The notes below the pieces were generated by a model, which made no database searches, had not been told where the DNA came from, and saw only the letters and a list, made by a program, of their open reading frames with translations. Made by a program: the position numbers and the translations under genes. Of a DNA stretch of 64,000 nucleotides, positions 38,735 through 50,081 are shown one piece after another. The stretch comes from a virus (lineage: Duplodnaviria; Caudoviricetes). Each line of letters opens with the position of its first letter. The first letter of the stretch is position 1. The DNA is taken from the IMG/VR virus record IMGVR_UViG_3300032233_003207, positions 1 through 64,000 of that record; one strand, written 5' to 3'.

Positions 38735-40450
38735 TTATTGATTTTTATTAAGATTAATATAATCTTTAATTATTTTATCCATAAGATCATAAAAAACCTT
38801 AACATTTGTTGTTAAATCTTTTAAAGCAACATCAATTGTTGGTTTTTTATCGGGTAATTGACCAGATAATCTACTAAATTTCTTAGCCCTTGCAAAGGCA
38901 TCGTCATCTAAAAATCCTAAAAGGCTTTCTTTAGGCATTATATATAGTGCCCCTAAAATAGCAAAAACGTCACATAAACCAAATCCGCTAAATTCTCCCA
39001 TAATAATTTCAATTTTTTTCAAATAAGCACTAATTTTATTTAAATCACTGTTTCTAATTTCAGATAGTTTATTTTTTTGTTTTAAAGCTGTGTTTTCAAA
39101 TCCATCAGAAGTTTCAAAAACATTTTCAACCTTTGAAAAACTATAGCTAGAAACATCAGGAGAGCTTGATTTGAGTAGTTCTATATTAAAATTTTTTAAA
39201 TCAGAAAGTAATGTAGATTTAATAATTTCTTTATCTTTATCTGTTGTAAGGTATGATAAATCTTTATCTATAAAAATACCCCTAAATACATCTCTAACGC
39301 CACATCCAAACTCTGGACCATTTGTATTTGGTATTGGTAAACAATAATAATTACTCTGAATTGATTTAACGCCTTTAATAGCTGTATCCAATTCTATTGC
39401 CATAGCTCTTATTATATTTATATGATAAATAAATCTTTGTTTTTCCTCGTATCCATATAAATTTCCAGAAGAAATATCATTTAATATTTTTTCATCTTTA
39501 ATTGATTCTATTTTTTTAATAGCATCAAGAGTTGACTGTAAATAATCTCCCGAATTAGCCGCTTGATTTCCATTATTAAATCTGTTTATAATAATTAATT
39601 CTATATAAGGTCTTTTAGTATAAAAATTTTCATTTACTTTTAAAAAAGAATCATCTGGCAAAAATGGAATTGCAATTTTCTTTTCTGCTGGACAGGTAAT
39701 ATCTATTCTAGGATCTACAATAAATGGTTTAATAATATGAAATCTTTGCCGAAGTACTTCTTTTATAAATTTTTCTTTTGGCTTATTATTAAGCTCATCT
39801 ACATAATTTGAAAAATCTACATTGCTATTTTTGCCAACTATAGATTTTGTATCTATTTTATAAGAAAGGTCAGATAATGAAAAATCTTTAGGATCAATAT
39901 TTTTTAAACAATCAGAAAAATTTCTTAAATTTACAGAAGACAATGCAAGAACTCCTGCTTCAACTGAATTGTTATTAAAAAATGAATTTAATATAGTATT
40001 ATAATAACTTTCTCTAATAAGTGATAGGTTAAGAAATCCATCTAACTGATCATTAGCAATATTTGCTTTTTTTTGGGATGTTATCTCTTTTTTTTCTTGA
40101 TCTTTAGCATAGTAAATATCATGTCCTGGGTTATAAATTCCTTTACTTTTAGAAACTACTGGAAATCCAATGATTCTATAAAATGCATGACATCTACTTT
40201 CTTGAGCAGAAGTTTCAGGTTTTAATTGTTTTTCTTTATCAGAATCATTATTTAAATTTATACCATTTTCACCATTAAAATTATTTTCAGTAAATTTAGT
40301 TAATTTACTTTGATTTTCAATAATATTAATATTACTTCTTATATTATTTATTCCTAAACCATTATCTGGATAGAAAAAATCTCTATAAATTTTTTCTATA
40401 TTTAATTTTATATTTTGTGTATTTTTTGAAATAACACTTTTCTCTGTCAT
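38735..40450 (-). CDS. Hypothetical protein in the baseplate module
   Basis: 571-aa ORF coupled to the upstream gene, with no recognisable motif. Confidence 0.7.
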   Translation of the reverse strand: MTEKSVISKNTQNIKLNIEKIYRDFFYPDNGLGINNIRSNINIIENQSKLTKFTENNFNGENGINLNNDSDKEKQLKPETSAQESRCHAFYRIIGFPVVSKSKGIYNPGHDIYYAKDQEKKEITSQKKANIANDQLDGFLNLSLIRESYYNTILNSFFNNNSVEAGVLALSSVNLRNFSDCLKNIDPKDFSLSDLSYKIDTKSIVGKNSNVDFSNYVDELNNKPKEKFIKEVLRQRFHIIKPFIVDPRIDITCPAEKKIAIPFLPDDSFLKVNENFYTKRPYIELIIINRFNNGNQAANSGDYLQSTLDAIKKIESIKDEKILNDISSGNLYGYEEKQRFIYHINIIRAMAIELDTAIKGVKSIQSNYYCLPIPNTNGPEFGCGVRDVFRGIFIDKDLSYLTTDKDKEIIKSTLLSDLKNFNIELLKSSSPDVSSYSFSKVENVFETSDGFENTALKQKNKLSEIRNSDLNKISAYLKKIEIIMGEFSGFGLCDVFAILGALYIMPKESLLGFLDDDAFARAKKFSRLSGQLPDKKPTIDVALKDLTTNVKVFYDLMDKIIKDYINLNKNQ

Positions 40451-42546
40451 TAGATGCCATCCTTATTTTCATCAGAAATATAATCTCTTCTTGGCTGGAC
40501 TCCATCAGAAGTATCTACCTCTGCAACAGGCACAACTACTGGACTATAGACAAATTCATAATTAATTTCTTGTAAATCTCTTGTTGGTTGAATATTTATA
40601 TCTGCAGGAATATTATTAGTACAGAAAATGTTATTATCAAATGAAATCATTAAAGTGCCTTTGCCAGGATTACTGCTAGTAATATTGGCATTAAATGCAT
40701 TTACGCCATCATATGTAAATTTACTCACTTCACCAAAAGTAGTATGAGCTTTTAATTTACTAATTAAACAATCAGCTACATCACTAGATAGCCCAGATGT
40801 TAGATTTGCTCCATTCCTATCTTTGATACTTACTGTAATTTTTATTAATTGAGTAGTGAATTGTACAGATGGACTAATTGTAAAACTGCTCTTGCAAGGA
40901 TCAAATCCAACTGTAATAAGCTCACATAATGCTGTTACACATTCATTTTCTAATTTAGATAAACATAAATTAGATGTTGATGCAAACTCTGCAAGACCAT
41001 CTAATGATATGTTATTTCTTAATGTATCAACAGATGCTATTAAGCAGTCTGCGGCTCCATTTGTATCTGGTAAGGGAATAGAGTTTGCTATTTGTAATTT
41101 TAAAGAAATATCAGCGGCAAATGCATTATTAACAAATGTCTTTGCGAAAGATAATTCTGGACTACAACTTGCAGTAATTAAATTTTTATTTAATAAAGCT
41201 GTTATGTTGGGCTTGAAAGTATATTCAATATTTTCAAATAAATAACCATCAGTAGGAGCTAATACTGGATTATTTGATACATGATCTTGTTGATGTAAAA
41301 ATGAGTTCAAACCATATTTAAAATCAGGTATTAAAGTTTTTCCGTCGTCTTCATATGCTGTTCCTCCTGATAAATTTAGAACACCACTTGTAAAAAAATG
41401 AAGTACATTATTATAGTCTTTATAATAAGATCGTGTTGGATACAATACAATACAATCTTTAATCCTTATATACCTGGATGCCCCCGTTCGACCCCAAGCA
41501 TTTGGATTATAAAACAATCTTAAATTTACTGTATATGCAGCCTGTTGAGGATCTGTATTTTCAGAATATACTGTATCAGTTGGGAAAAATACTGGTTTTT
41601 TTGTCATTTCTTCTGTAAGAGTAACATCAAAAGCATCGACAATATTAATAAATTTCTGCTCTATTAATTGTTGTGAATCATATAGTTGCCAACTTTCATT
41701 TCTAACAACTGTTTCTAATGTTTTAATTCCAATATTAGTTGTTTCAATTACTTTATTTAAGTATTGAAATGTACCAGTATTTCTAGTATATGGATTTTTA
41801 ACTATTGCAGGACATACATCTGGTGTACAGCAGTCGTTACCATCATCACATGGAGGTAAAGCAAATGCTAAACTAAGCATTTCTTTAATTATATCAAAGA
41901 TAGCGGTAAATATAGAAAATATTACAAATATATTTTGAAAAACACATAAAGTGTCTCCAATTTTTTTTATAATAGCTAGTGTTGCCTTTTCATCTCCGAA
42001 AGCTGCAGCATTTCCAAGCATTTTAAAGTTTTTTATCAATAATTTTATTAATTTTTTAATTTGGTCTTTAACATATTTTATTATTGACAATAATAAACCA
42101 AGTAGTGATATTAAAACTAATATTAATGCTAAAACTGGAAATAAATTTAAAAATTGAGGAATACAATCTCTAAATAATTTAGTCAATGCTTTAACTAATT
42201 TAATTGGGTTTGGAATTGCACATAATACTTCAATAATACAAATAACTAAATTAAGTAATGGTAAAATTAATTTATAGAGCATTAAATATGGAGAAATTTT
42301 CTCCATTATGCTCATAACTCCGTCCAACAAATCTTTAGTGTAATTATAACTAGGATGAGGCTTTAAAGTTCCTGGAGGCATTATAAGTTGAACATTTTGA
42401 AAAATTTCAATTAAATCTTCAGGAAAACCTTCAGCTGCTTCATTTAAATTTGGAGTCTTTAGTGGAAAAGGCACTCCAAATCCAGGCATCGGAGGAATTG
42501 TTGGCGCATCTGGAATTTCCAGGGATATTGGGTCACAAGGGCACAT
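40450..42546 (-). CDS. Hydrophobic-helix, Cys-motif protein with a C-terminal Ig-like domain (baseplate-associated)
   Basis: Long hydrophobic helices (for example LFPVLALILVLISLLGLLLSII), MCPC and CDDGNDCCTPDVC motifs, and a C-terminal FTTQLIKITVSIKDRNG Big-type pattern. Confidence 0.6.
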   Translation of the reverse strand: MCPCDPISLEIPDAPTIPPMPGFGVPFPLKTPNLNEAAEGFPEDLIEIFQNVQLIMPPGTLKPHPSYNYTKDLLDGVMSIMEKISPYLMLYKLILPLLNLVICIIEVLCAIPNPIKLVKALTKLFRDCIPQFLNLFPVLALILVLISLLGLLLSIIKYVKDQIKKLIKLLIKNFKMLGNAAAFGDEKATLAIIKKIGDTLCVFQNIFVIFSIFTAIFDIIKEMLSLAFALPPCDDGNDCCTPDVCPAIVKNPYTRNTGTFQYLNKVIETTNIGIKTLETVVRNESWQLYDSQQLIEQKFINIVDAFDVTLTEEMTKKPVFFPTDTVYSENTDPQQAAYTVNLRLFYNPNAWGRTGASRYIRIKDCIVLYPTRSYYKDYNNVLHFFTSGVLNLSGGTAYEDDGKTLIPDFKYGLNSFLHQQDHVSNNPVLAPTDGYLFENIEYTFKPNITALLNKNLITASCSPELSFAKTFVNNAFAADISLKLQIANSIPLPDTNGAADCLIASVDTLRNNISLDGLAEFASTSNLCLSKLENECVTALCELITVGFDPCKSSFTISPSVQFTTQLIKITVSIKDRNGANLTSGLSSDVADCLISKLKAHTTFGEVSKFTYDGVNAFNANITSSNPGKGTLMISFDNNIFCTNNIPADINIQPTRDLQEINYEFVYSPVVVPVAEVDTSDGVQPRRDYISDENKDGI

Positions 42547-42566
42547 AGTATTATTTATATATCAGG

Positions 42567-42923
42567 TTATTTTATTTCTCCAGGAATTTCAGATTCTAAT
42601 GGTCCTACTGCGCCATCATCTAATTGTAAATTTTCTTCAATTTCTTCAATAAAACTATCTGTTAAACTTTCTATTATTGAATTAATTTTTTCAGAATCTA
42701 CACTTTCTAAATTATGATATTTAATCACATTTCCAGCTAAATTCCATAAGCCATTATAAACATCATCTTTTAATTGATCATAATTGTATTTTTCTAAACT
42801 ATCTTCTGGCATAGACCCAATTGTATAAAAAATTGCAGTAGATAATTTATTTAATCCTTGATCTTTAGCCTCTTGAGCTTGCAATAATAATTTGTTATAA
42901 GCAATTTTATTAAATTTTTTCAT
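42567..42923 (-). CDS. Acidic hypothetical protein
   Basis: The start was moved to MKKFNK at 42923 (AAGG RBS), which removes the overlap with the spike gene. 118 aa. Confidence 0.65.
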   Translation of the reverse strand: MKKFNKIAYNKLLLQAQEAKDQGLNKLSTAIFYTIGSMPEDSLEKYNYDQLKDDVYNGLWNLAGNVIKYHNLESVDSEKINSIIESLTDSFIEEIEENLQLDDGAVGPLESEIPGEIK

Positions 42924-42931
42924 AATATACC

Positions 42932-45049
42932 TTATATGTGACCACCAAATATTTTTTGAACGCCTCTGCCTTGAATAGTACAATTTTCAACATCAATATC
43001 TAATGATGCGCCTTTAAATTTTATATCACCACGAGCATATATATTTAAATTACCAGGTGTAGTTAAAGTTACTCCATTATCGTCTATCCGTAACATAGTT
43101 ATATTTTTACCGCTATCAAAAACTCTTAAATCTAAAACTGCGCCAATTTGATCATTATTTTTAGTTACAAATCTACTATCGCCTTCTACTCCAAATCCGC
43201 CTATTTGAAAATATACGTTTCCATTCATAGATATTGCTGCACTTGCATTATTGTTATCTCTTCCAATATTTGCAATAATACCGCCAGCAGTATCTAACCA
43301 TAATGATTGACGGTCTACTGTATTAGCTCCAATGTTCATTTCAATAGAACCATCAAAATTTATAGAACCGCTTCTACCGCCAGCATTTGCATTTTCACCT
43401 GATATTTGAATTGTATCACTACAAACAGAATCAATTAACGGAACATTGCTAATCATGTAATTAATAAATTCTTCATCTATAATATATTTAAAAAAATTAG
43501 ATGAGCTAGAAAAAGGATTGGACGGTTTAGCATTTGTAGAAGAGTGTGCATAACAAGTACTTAAAATATCATGGTAAGCTGTTCCATGTTTTATATGCAC
43601 GCCTTCAAATCTTCTATCTTGTAATGCAATAACGGTATCACCATCTTTTACAGTAATAGAGCCAGGAGAATTAGTAAAACTTTTACCTAAATTTAATTTA
43701 GGTCTAGCAAAAGAGTCATGTACAATATCTAATAAATCTTTTCTATAAATTAATTCATTAGGACTTTGTTCATCTGTTTCAGCCGCATCAATAGTTGAAT
43801 AATTTTCATATCTAGTTAATAAAGGTATATTTCCTGTTTCACTAGAAGCTGGTACATTCAATTTAAATTGACCTTCTTTGTCTATATCTATAAAAAATCT
43901 ACTACGATTCCTTCCGTAATCAGAATTTGGGAATGTTTCATCATATCCAAATAGATCTGAAAAATCACCTAACTTATTATTTTTTATTTTTAAATCTTTT
44001 CTTGCATTTATCTCAAAATGATAAGCAATACTTTTTCTTTGAAGCTCTCTAATTTTTAAATATGACTCTGATAAATTTTTACTAATTTTTGTATTTAATG
44101 TATTTTCATTTTCACCAATTGGTAAAGGATATCTATTTATATCTAAAATATTTCCAAAGATATCTACCACAGTTCCTTTAACTGTCTCTATTAAATAATT
44201 AGGATATGTTAAAGTTAAACCAAGCGTATCTGCTTTGCTTTTTCTTCTATTAATTTCAATTATAGAAGAATCAACTAGACCAGAAGAAGAATAAATTGAA
44301 GATTCATCTAAATCATTTGTTATAGATGAATTATCTTGAAATTCATAAATAATTTCTCTATTTTCTACTAGTGGTGGATTTTTTTCTTTTCCTGATATCA
44401 AAGAATTTGGCGACAATGTAGGATCTAATGAAATAATTCTATAATTACTATCATAATCATCATCATTAATTCTATTATTTAACGTCCAATCACTGTCTAT
44501 AGCACTATCTCTACGTTCTCTTTTTATAAGACCTATAAAATTTCTAGAAGCTTGTGTAAAATAATTTACATCTTTAAATCTTGTAGATAAAAATTCATTT
44601 TGAGAATTAATATAAACATTATTAAATTTAGAACCTAAATAAATATCACTATTTTCTTGATTAAGTGTAATTCTAGCATTGTCATTTGCATATAGTAATA
44701 ACTCATTAGGCTTTAATGATGGAATTTGGGTTCTATTTTCTGGCAAAAATGAAACAAATCGATAAGTATGTGGAGCCTCTACTCCTACTACAACCGGAGT
44801 TCCTTCTACAGGAGGCGCTCCAATAAATAATCCAGCACTATCTGGACTAAACTGATTGCTAAATGTTAATGGATAGCTAACTTCTATTTCTTGGTCAAGA
44901 ACAGAGGTTGTTTTATCTCCTGAGTAATATGGTGATCCTGTTAATTTTACTTTCATACGATTTGTATTAAAATCGTATTTAGTAATTGCTCCAGTTCTTA
45001 AACTTCCGAACGGAGGGTCAAAAATTTGAGGATCTGTATTATATGGCAT
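42932..45049 (-). CDS. Baseplate central spike (gp5/gpV/VgrG-like)
   Basis: N-terminal OB-fold-like LRTGAITKYDFNTNRMKVKL and a C-terminal beta-helix-like ITMLRIDDNGVTLTTPGNLNIYARGDIKFKG. It sits downstream of the hub gene. Confidence 0.7.
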   Translation of the reverse strand: MPYNTDPQIFDPPFGSLRTGAITKYDFNTNRMKVKLTGSPYYSGDKTTSVLDQEIEVSYPLTFSNQFSPDSAGLFIGAPPVEGTPVVVGVEAPHTYRFVSFLPENRTQIPSLKPNELLLYANDNARITLNQENSDIYLGSKFNNVYINSQNEFLSTRFKDVNYFTQASRNFIGLIKRERRDSAIDSDWTLNNRINDDDYDSNYRIISLDPTLSPNSLISGKEKNPPLVENREIIYEFQDNSSITNDLDESSIYSSSGLVDSSIIEINRRKSKADTLGLTLTYPNYLIETVKGTVVDIFGNILDINRYPLPIGENENTLNTKISKNLSESYLKIRELQRKSIAYHFEINARKDLKIKNNKLGDFSDLFGYDETFPNSDYGRNRSRFFIDIDKEGQFKLNVPASSETGNIPLLTRYENYSTIDAAETDEQSPNELIYRKDLLDIVHDSFARPKLNLGKSFTNSPGSITVKDGDTVIALQDRRFEGVHIKHGTAYHDILSTCYAHSSTNAKPSNPFSSSSNFFKYIIDEEFINYMISNVPLIDSVCSDTIQISGENANAGGRSGSINFDGSIEMNIGANTVDRQSLWLDTAGGIIANIGRDNNNASAAISMNGNVYFQIGGFGVEGDSRFVTKNNDQIGAVLDLRVFDSGKNITMLRIDDNGVTLTTPGNLNIYARGDIKFKGASLDIDVENCTIQGRGVQKIFGGHI

Positions 45050-45051
45050 AA

Positions 45052-48000
45052 TTAACCGTTATTTTTAATTTTTTGATCAGGTGGAAGAGGTTTTACTTCA
45101 ATCCAACAATCTACTATATATGAGAATAATGCATTGCGCAACTTATCTCTTTCTTTTTTAATTTTTTTAGGACTGTTAGTATCAGAAGAGTTTTGCTGCT
45201 CAGAATCATTGGGGGCAGTAGATGAGCTTATTTCAGAACTATATTTTTGATTAATATTTCTAGTAAAATCCCAAGCTTTTTGAGATGGAGATCTATTATC
45301 TTTTTCTGATGAAATATCTACAGCTAAAACTGAAATAGATTTTGCTGGTAAAGGAGTGAATTTAGTTTGACCTATTTGCTTAAATTGTACAGCAGAATCT
45401 ACTGGAAATTGTGATAAAATTGTTTTTATATAATTTGCAAAAGAATCTAATTTATCATTTACTTTACCTAATTTGCCATCATAATAAATTCTTATTGCAA
45501 CAGAAGCTTCTATATTATTTCCTATACTGCTATTTTTATTTACAATGTAAGCTGCTCTTTGAGATAACTCTAATATTGTTTTAGAATTTGATGGTCCATA
45601 AGATTGTCCATTTATTGATGATTCATTATTAAAATTGTCTGATGGTTGATTAGAATTTGGATCAAAAATTATACAGCCTATATTGGTCTCATTAAATGAG
45701 CTAGTATGCCTTTCAACTCTAAACTCAGAAGCCTGACTATTATTATATAATAATTTACCTATAATATCTGATGTAGTAGGAACGTACTCTCCTGGAGCAC
45801 GACCATATGATAAATTTAAAGTTGTAGTAAAGTTGCTTCCTTCACCATAATTATGACTAACTGAAGTTACATAAAATAATAACCCTCTGTTTTCTAAATA
45901 GACTACTTCTCCAGGTTGCATATATTCATTGCCAATAATTGTTACGTTTCCTCTTAATATATCCTTTCTAGCCATATTAAGCAAAGATACTGCATATGGA
46001 GCACATTGCACTTCAGGATTTGATAAAAATGGAGCTTTAACAGTAGCTGGCTCATGCCATCCATAATTTCTCCATAGATCATAATCTATTGCAATTGCTG
46101 ATACCATACCGTTACCACCTTGTGGAAAGCTTGCCAATCCTTGAGGTAGTCCACCAGGACTATATTGATTGAGTACTCCTTGTACTTCTACATAGGTATG
46201 TGATGGTGGATTTTCTTGTATTCTATAGCTTAAAATTTGACTATTTTTAATAATATATCTTTTTCCTGATCCTGGACCGTAATCATCATAACTCTCATCC
46301 TCAATCATATGCTCAAACACTTCTGGAACTTCATTATTTCCATATGTTCCAGAAGTTAAAATATCATTTGCAACTGATTGATCATTGTCTAATGATGAAA
46401 ATTCTGCTGAATTTTTTAAAGTAGAATAAAATAATTTAATTACTTTATGTCTTTCTGATAATTTAGATGCTAAATCTTGAGTTATTTTAAATAAATCTAT
46501 ATATTTTGTATTAACTTTAATATTAGGAAAATTTTCTGCATTTTCTTTATTTATAAAAATATAACTATCTTTTCCTATTTTTTGTCCAGACTTATCTTCA
46601 ATTCTACGAACTAATTGCTGTATATATGCATCAGACTTTTCATCTCTTGTTGAAAAATTTGAAATATTTATAAGTTGACCATTTACTGTAGATTGTTTAG
46701 TTTGTAAATTTTTTGATATAGAATCAATAGTAGATTTAATAAAATTATATCTTTGATAATTACTAAATATATCTCTAGTATTATTAGATTGTTCATCTAT
46801 TACAGAAAATAATGGTGAAGATTTTGCATTAGGCATAGCTTGTGCTTTTAATGTGTCTAAATTTGCAATTACACCTGTACTATCAGAAATAAATTTAAAT
46901 GCTGTTCCTTGATTATCAAAACCAGAAAGGAAATTTTGAGCATCTGTATCATCAATTTTATCAATAAAAGCGCAATCTAATCTTATTTGATCTTCTATTA
47001 TTTCTAATCTGTCTCTTAATGCAGATAATTTATTTTCAAACAAATTATTTAAAAAGTCAGGAAATACTTGTATTCCAAGAGTTTTCTTTTGGTACATCAT
47101 TTTGTAAAAAATAGAACTTGGCATTCTATTATATTGTGGCATTCTAGCTCTAATATGACCTTGAGTATCACAGAAAACTTCTAAGTTTAATACTTGTGCT
47201 GCTGATAAAACTTTACTTTTAACATCCATATATTGATTATTATATAATCTAATAGACTCAAGCTCAGAGGTAAAAGCTCTGATATCATAATCTTTATCAT
47301 AAGAGTCATCTACAATAAACAAATTTTTATCTTCATTAGCTCTAACATTATATGACATTCTTCTAGTTATATAATTAAGCTGTCTTCTTAAACTTCTACG
47401 AGTTAATGGAGATGCCAGCTTTCCTTGTTCTGTTTTTGGATCAAGAAACTCATCAAAATCAAATGAAATATCATCTCCATTTTGTACAAAAAAAGATTTA
47501 TTTTCATCTCTTAAATTTTTTAATAGTCCTTCAATTTCACTATTTAAACTTGTTAGTTTATTCGCAACTTTTACTTGATTTTCTTGGTTTACTTGTTTAT
47601 TAAGAGCTTGAAGAGTGTCATCAGCAAAAGTTAATCCAGATATAGCTGCATCTAGTTGTAATTGAGTAAGCTCTTGTAATTTACTTTCTAAATTTTTACT
47701 ATTATTTATTATAGAATTTAATGCTATTTGTGCTCCAGCATAAGAAGATTCATTCATAATTAAATTTTTAAAAGGTATAAAATTACCCCAAAGAGCATTA
47801 GATTTTTTTAAATCATCTCTTAAAAGAGCATAAAAAGATAATGAAGCATTTTGATTAGAATCTTTATCATTAGTAATCGCATCTGCTCCATTAGTTGCTC
47901 TATAATAAGTAGCATAATTATATGGATATCCTGTAATTAATAAAGAAATTGCATTCATTACATCTTGTCCAGCAAATGGATCTGCATTCGTAGTTGGAGT

Positions 48001-50067
48001 TCCAACTTTATTTGCATCATTAAGTTCAAGAGAACTTCCAAATTGAACAAATGCTCCAATTCCTTCTTTCCATTTATAGATTAAACCATCAGGAGCATGA
48101 AATACTTTTGTAATTTTATTAGTTTTAGTGTCAATAAATTGATCATGAATATAGTTTAAATCATTTACTGGTTTTCCTGCATTTGGTCCACTTTTAAATT
48201 TTAATAAAGGATTTTTATAATCTAATTTATTGCCCAATATTACTTGATTTTCATTTAATAATTCAAGATGATCATCTTGAAAATTAGTAGATACACTATC
48301 AAATCTTGTTTTAAATGGAGTTAAAGGATCAAATATAGCTCCAGACCATGCATTAATTCCTGGCTTAAAACTAATTTTTGTTTTATCTAGATATCCTGAA
48401 TTATCTGAAGCATTAATATCTACAGTAAAAAATCCGGCATTATTTGTTCCTTCTGCTGAATTTACAATACCACCAAAAACATGAGTGCCTTCTTTTTCTG
48501 TAACAAATTGTGGTCTAATCATTCCCCATAAAAATGAAGGGAACTCTGGACCTACAAATGCTGCCTTTTCAGCATACACTTCTATATTATTTCCACCAGT
48601 AAGTAAATTTATACTATTAGATAAATTAGAAAATATATTAGCAGAAGCATTAATAAAATCTAATCCAGTAAACATTCCTTTTAAACCAGATAGTAATTTA
48701 TCATCAAATTGACTTTTGCTACTCATATAAATATGAATGGAGTCCATAGGCTGAATTACTAATTTACCTAAAAATTGAAATCTTAATTTTCTTCTTGCAT
48801 ATTTCGCATCATCATTAAATTGAAATAATGTATTTTTTGAATTTTGCTCTAAAGATAATTTATTATAAATAGCTTCTATTAATGAGCTAAATAAAGATAG
48901 CTCTGATTCACTATTAAAACTGCCCTTATGATATTTTTTTATAGATGTATCATTTAAATCTAAATTTAAATTATTAAATTTAAATTTTTGATCATTTAAT
49001 CCTTGATATCCAGCTATTTCTCCATTAATTAAATATTCTTTAGGTATTTCTACTCCACTATTTAATTCGGAATAATTTTTTCCAATATCATCGAATTTAT
49101 ATTCAAAAGGTATTTCTGTGCCTATTCCAGTAATTACTGCGGTTACTCTTCTTCCTAATAGTGTTTCTGGATTTATATAGAAAGCAATTTCACTTGCTCC
49201 TCTAGATTTTCTATACGTATTTAATCTACTAGTCAAATCATCAATTAATTTAGCTGCATCTTGTTTTGATATTTGAAATATAGATTTGCTATAAAATAAA
49301 TTACTTGCATCACTTAGAGCTTTTTCAATATCATACTCAGTAATTACCATAGCTTCATAAGGATCATTGATTGTTAAACTTGCTCTACCTCCACCTAAAT
49401 TTGTAGCTACAGTTGTATTAATGTTTGTAAAATTAGTTATCTCTATAACTCCAGTGCCTTCTCCATATTGAGTTTTAAATAAATTTGTATTATCAGTAAT
49501 CCATCTTGTTGTATCAGATGAGTTATTAAATGCATAAATTCTTCTAATTCTATTCATTACAGATTGATAATTAGAAATCTCTGTAGCATCTTTATCATAA
49601 ACAAGTGTATCATTAACAGTAAATAAAATTGACATTAACTGATGGTCTACTTCACCTAATGTTGATGCTATTTTTTGTATTTTAGATAATTGCTCTAATG
49701 ATGAAATTTGTTGACATTTATTTTGAAACAAAATTTTCATTGCTCTAAAATAAAGCTTTTCATCTTTATCCATATAAGTTAAATCATAATTATCAGACAC
49801 AGAAGAAAGCATTCTTTTCTTTACTAAAACTGTTGCCTGAGGCTGAGACATTAATATTTCAAATTGTTTTGAATCTATATTAAATGCGTCTTTTCTAAGA
49901 TAACCCTCTTCTAAATAACGTCTTTCAGCAGATTGATCAAATTTAGATGCAAAATCTCCTAAAGCACCATATCTCTCACCGTCTGCACCATCTAATGTTT
50001 TATTATTATTTTCAGAAATTGAAAATTGACTGCCTAATTGATCTGCTAATTGACCTAAAAATGCCAT
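45052..50067 (-). CDS. Baseplate hub protein (gp27/gpD-like) with large insertions
   Basis: C-terminal hub signature RGNVTIIGNEYMQPGEVVYL...FYVTSVSHNYGEGSNFTTTLNLSYGR. It follows the TMP and tube initiator genes. Confidence 0.72.
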   Translation of the reverse strand: MAFLGQLADQLGSQFSISENNNKTLDGADGERYGALGDFASKFDQSAERRYLEEGYLRKDAFNIDSKQFEILMSQPQATVLVKKRMLSSVSDNYDLTYMDKDEKLYFRAMKILFQNKCQQISSLEQLSKIQKIASTLGEVDHQLMSILFTVNDTLVYDKDATEISNYQSVMNRIRRIYAFNNSSDTTRWITDNTNLFKTQYGEGTGVIEITNFTNINTTVATNLGGGRASLTINDPYEAMVITEYDIEKALSDASNLFYSKSIFQISKQDAAKLIDDLTSRLNTYRKSRGASEIAFYINPETLLGRRVTAVITGIGTEIPFEYKFDDIGKNYSELNSGVEIPKEYLINGEIAGYQGLNDQKFKFNNLNLDLNDTSIKKYHKGSFNSESELSLFSSLIEAIYNKLSLEQNSKNTLFQFNDDAKYARRKLRFQFLGKLVIQPMDSIHIYMSSKSQFDDKLLSGLKGMFTGLDFINASANIFSNLSNSINLLTGGNNIEVYAEKAAFVGPEFPSFLWGMIRPQFVTEKEGTHVFGGIVNSAEGTNNAGFFTVDINASDNSGYLDKTKISFKPGINAWSGAIFDPLTPFKTRFDSVSTNFQDDHLELLNENQVILGNKLDYKNPLLKFKSGPNAGKPVNDLNYIHDQFIDTKTNKITKVFHAPDGLIYKWKEGIGAFVQFGSSLELNDANKVGTPTTNADPFAGQDVMNAISLLITGYPYNYATYYRATNGADAITNDKDSNQNASLSFYALLRDDLKKSNALWGNFIPFKNLIMNESSYAGAQIALNSIINNSKNLESKLQELTQLQLDAAISGLTFADDTLQALNKQVNQENQVKVANKLTSLNSEIEGLLKNLRDENKSFFVQNGDDISFDFDEFLDPKTEQGKLASPLTRRSLRRQLNYITRRMSYNVRANEDKNLFIVDDSYDKDYDIRAFTSELESIRLYNNQYMDVKSKVLSAAQVLNLEVFCDTQGHIRARMPQYNRMPSSIFYKMMYQKKTLGIQVFPDFLNNLFENKLSALRDRLEIIEDQIRLDCAFIDKIDDTDAQNFLSGFDNQGTAFKFISDSTGVIANLDTLKAQAMPNAKSSPLFSVIDEQSNNTRDIFSNYQRYNFIKSTIDSISKNLQTKQSTVNGQLINISNFSTRDEKSDAYIQQLVRRIEDKSGQKIGKDSYIFINKENAENFPNIKVNTKYIDLFKITQDLASKLSERHKVIKLFYSTLKNSAEFSSLDNDQSVANDILTSGTYGNNEVPEVFEHMIEDESYDDYGPGSGKRYIIKNSQILSYRIQENPPSHTYVEVQGVLNQYSPGGLPQGLASFPQGGNGMVSAIAIDYDLWRNYGWHEPATVKAPFLSNPEVQCAPYAVSLLNMARKDILRGNVTIIGNEYMQPGEVVYLENRGLLFYVTSVSHNYGEGSNFTTTLNLSYGRAPGEYVPTTSDIIGKLLYNNSQASEFRVERHTSSFNETNIGCIIFDPNSNQPSDNFNNESSINGQSYGPSNSKTILELSQRAAYIVNKNSSIGNNIEASVAIRIYYDGKLGKVNDKLDSFANYIKTILSQFPVDSAVQFKQIGQTKFTPLPAKSISVLAVDISSEKDNRSPSQKAWDFTRNINQKYSSEISSSTAPNDSEQQNSSDTNSPKKIKKERDKLRNALFSYIVDCWIEVKPLPPDQKIKNNG

Positions 50068-50081
50068 TACTATCTTCCTTT

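Noticed and set aside
42924-42983. N-terminal 20 aa (MYYSRQRR...) of the 138-aa ORF, and similar extended starts at 2761, 11002, 22406 and 23082
   Set aside because: The extended starts either overlap the upstream gene or lack an RBS. The downstream ATGs are better supported by an RBS (42923, 10990), by family-typical N-termini (2734, 22376) or by removing the overlap (23058).
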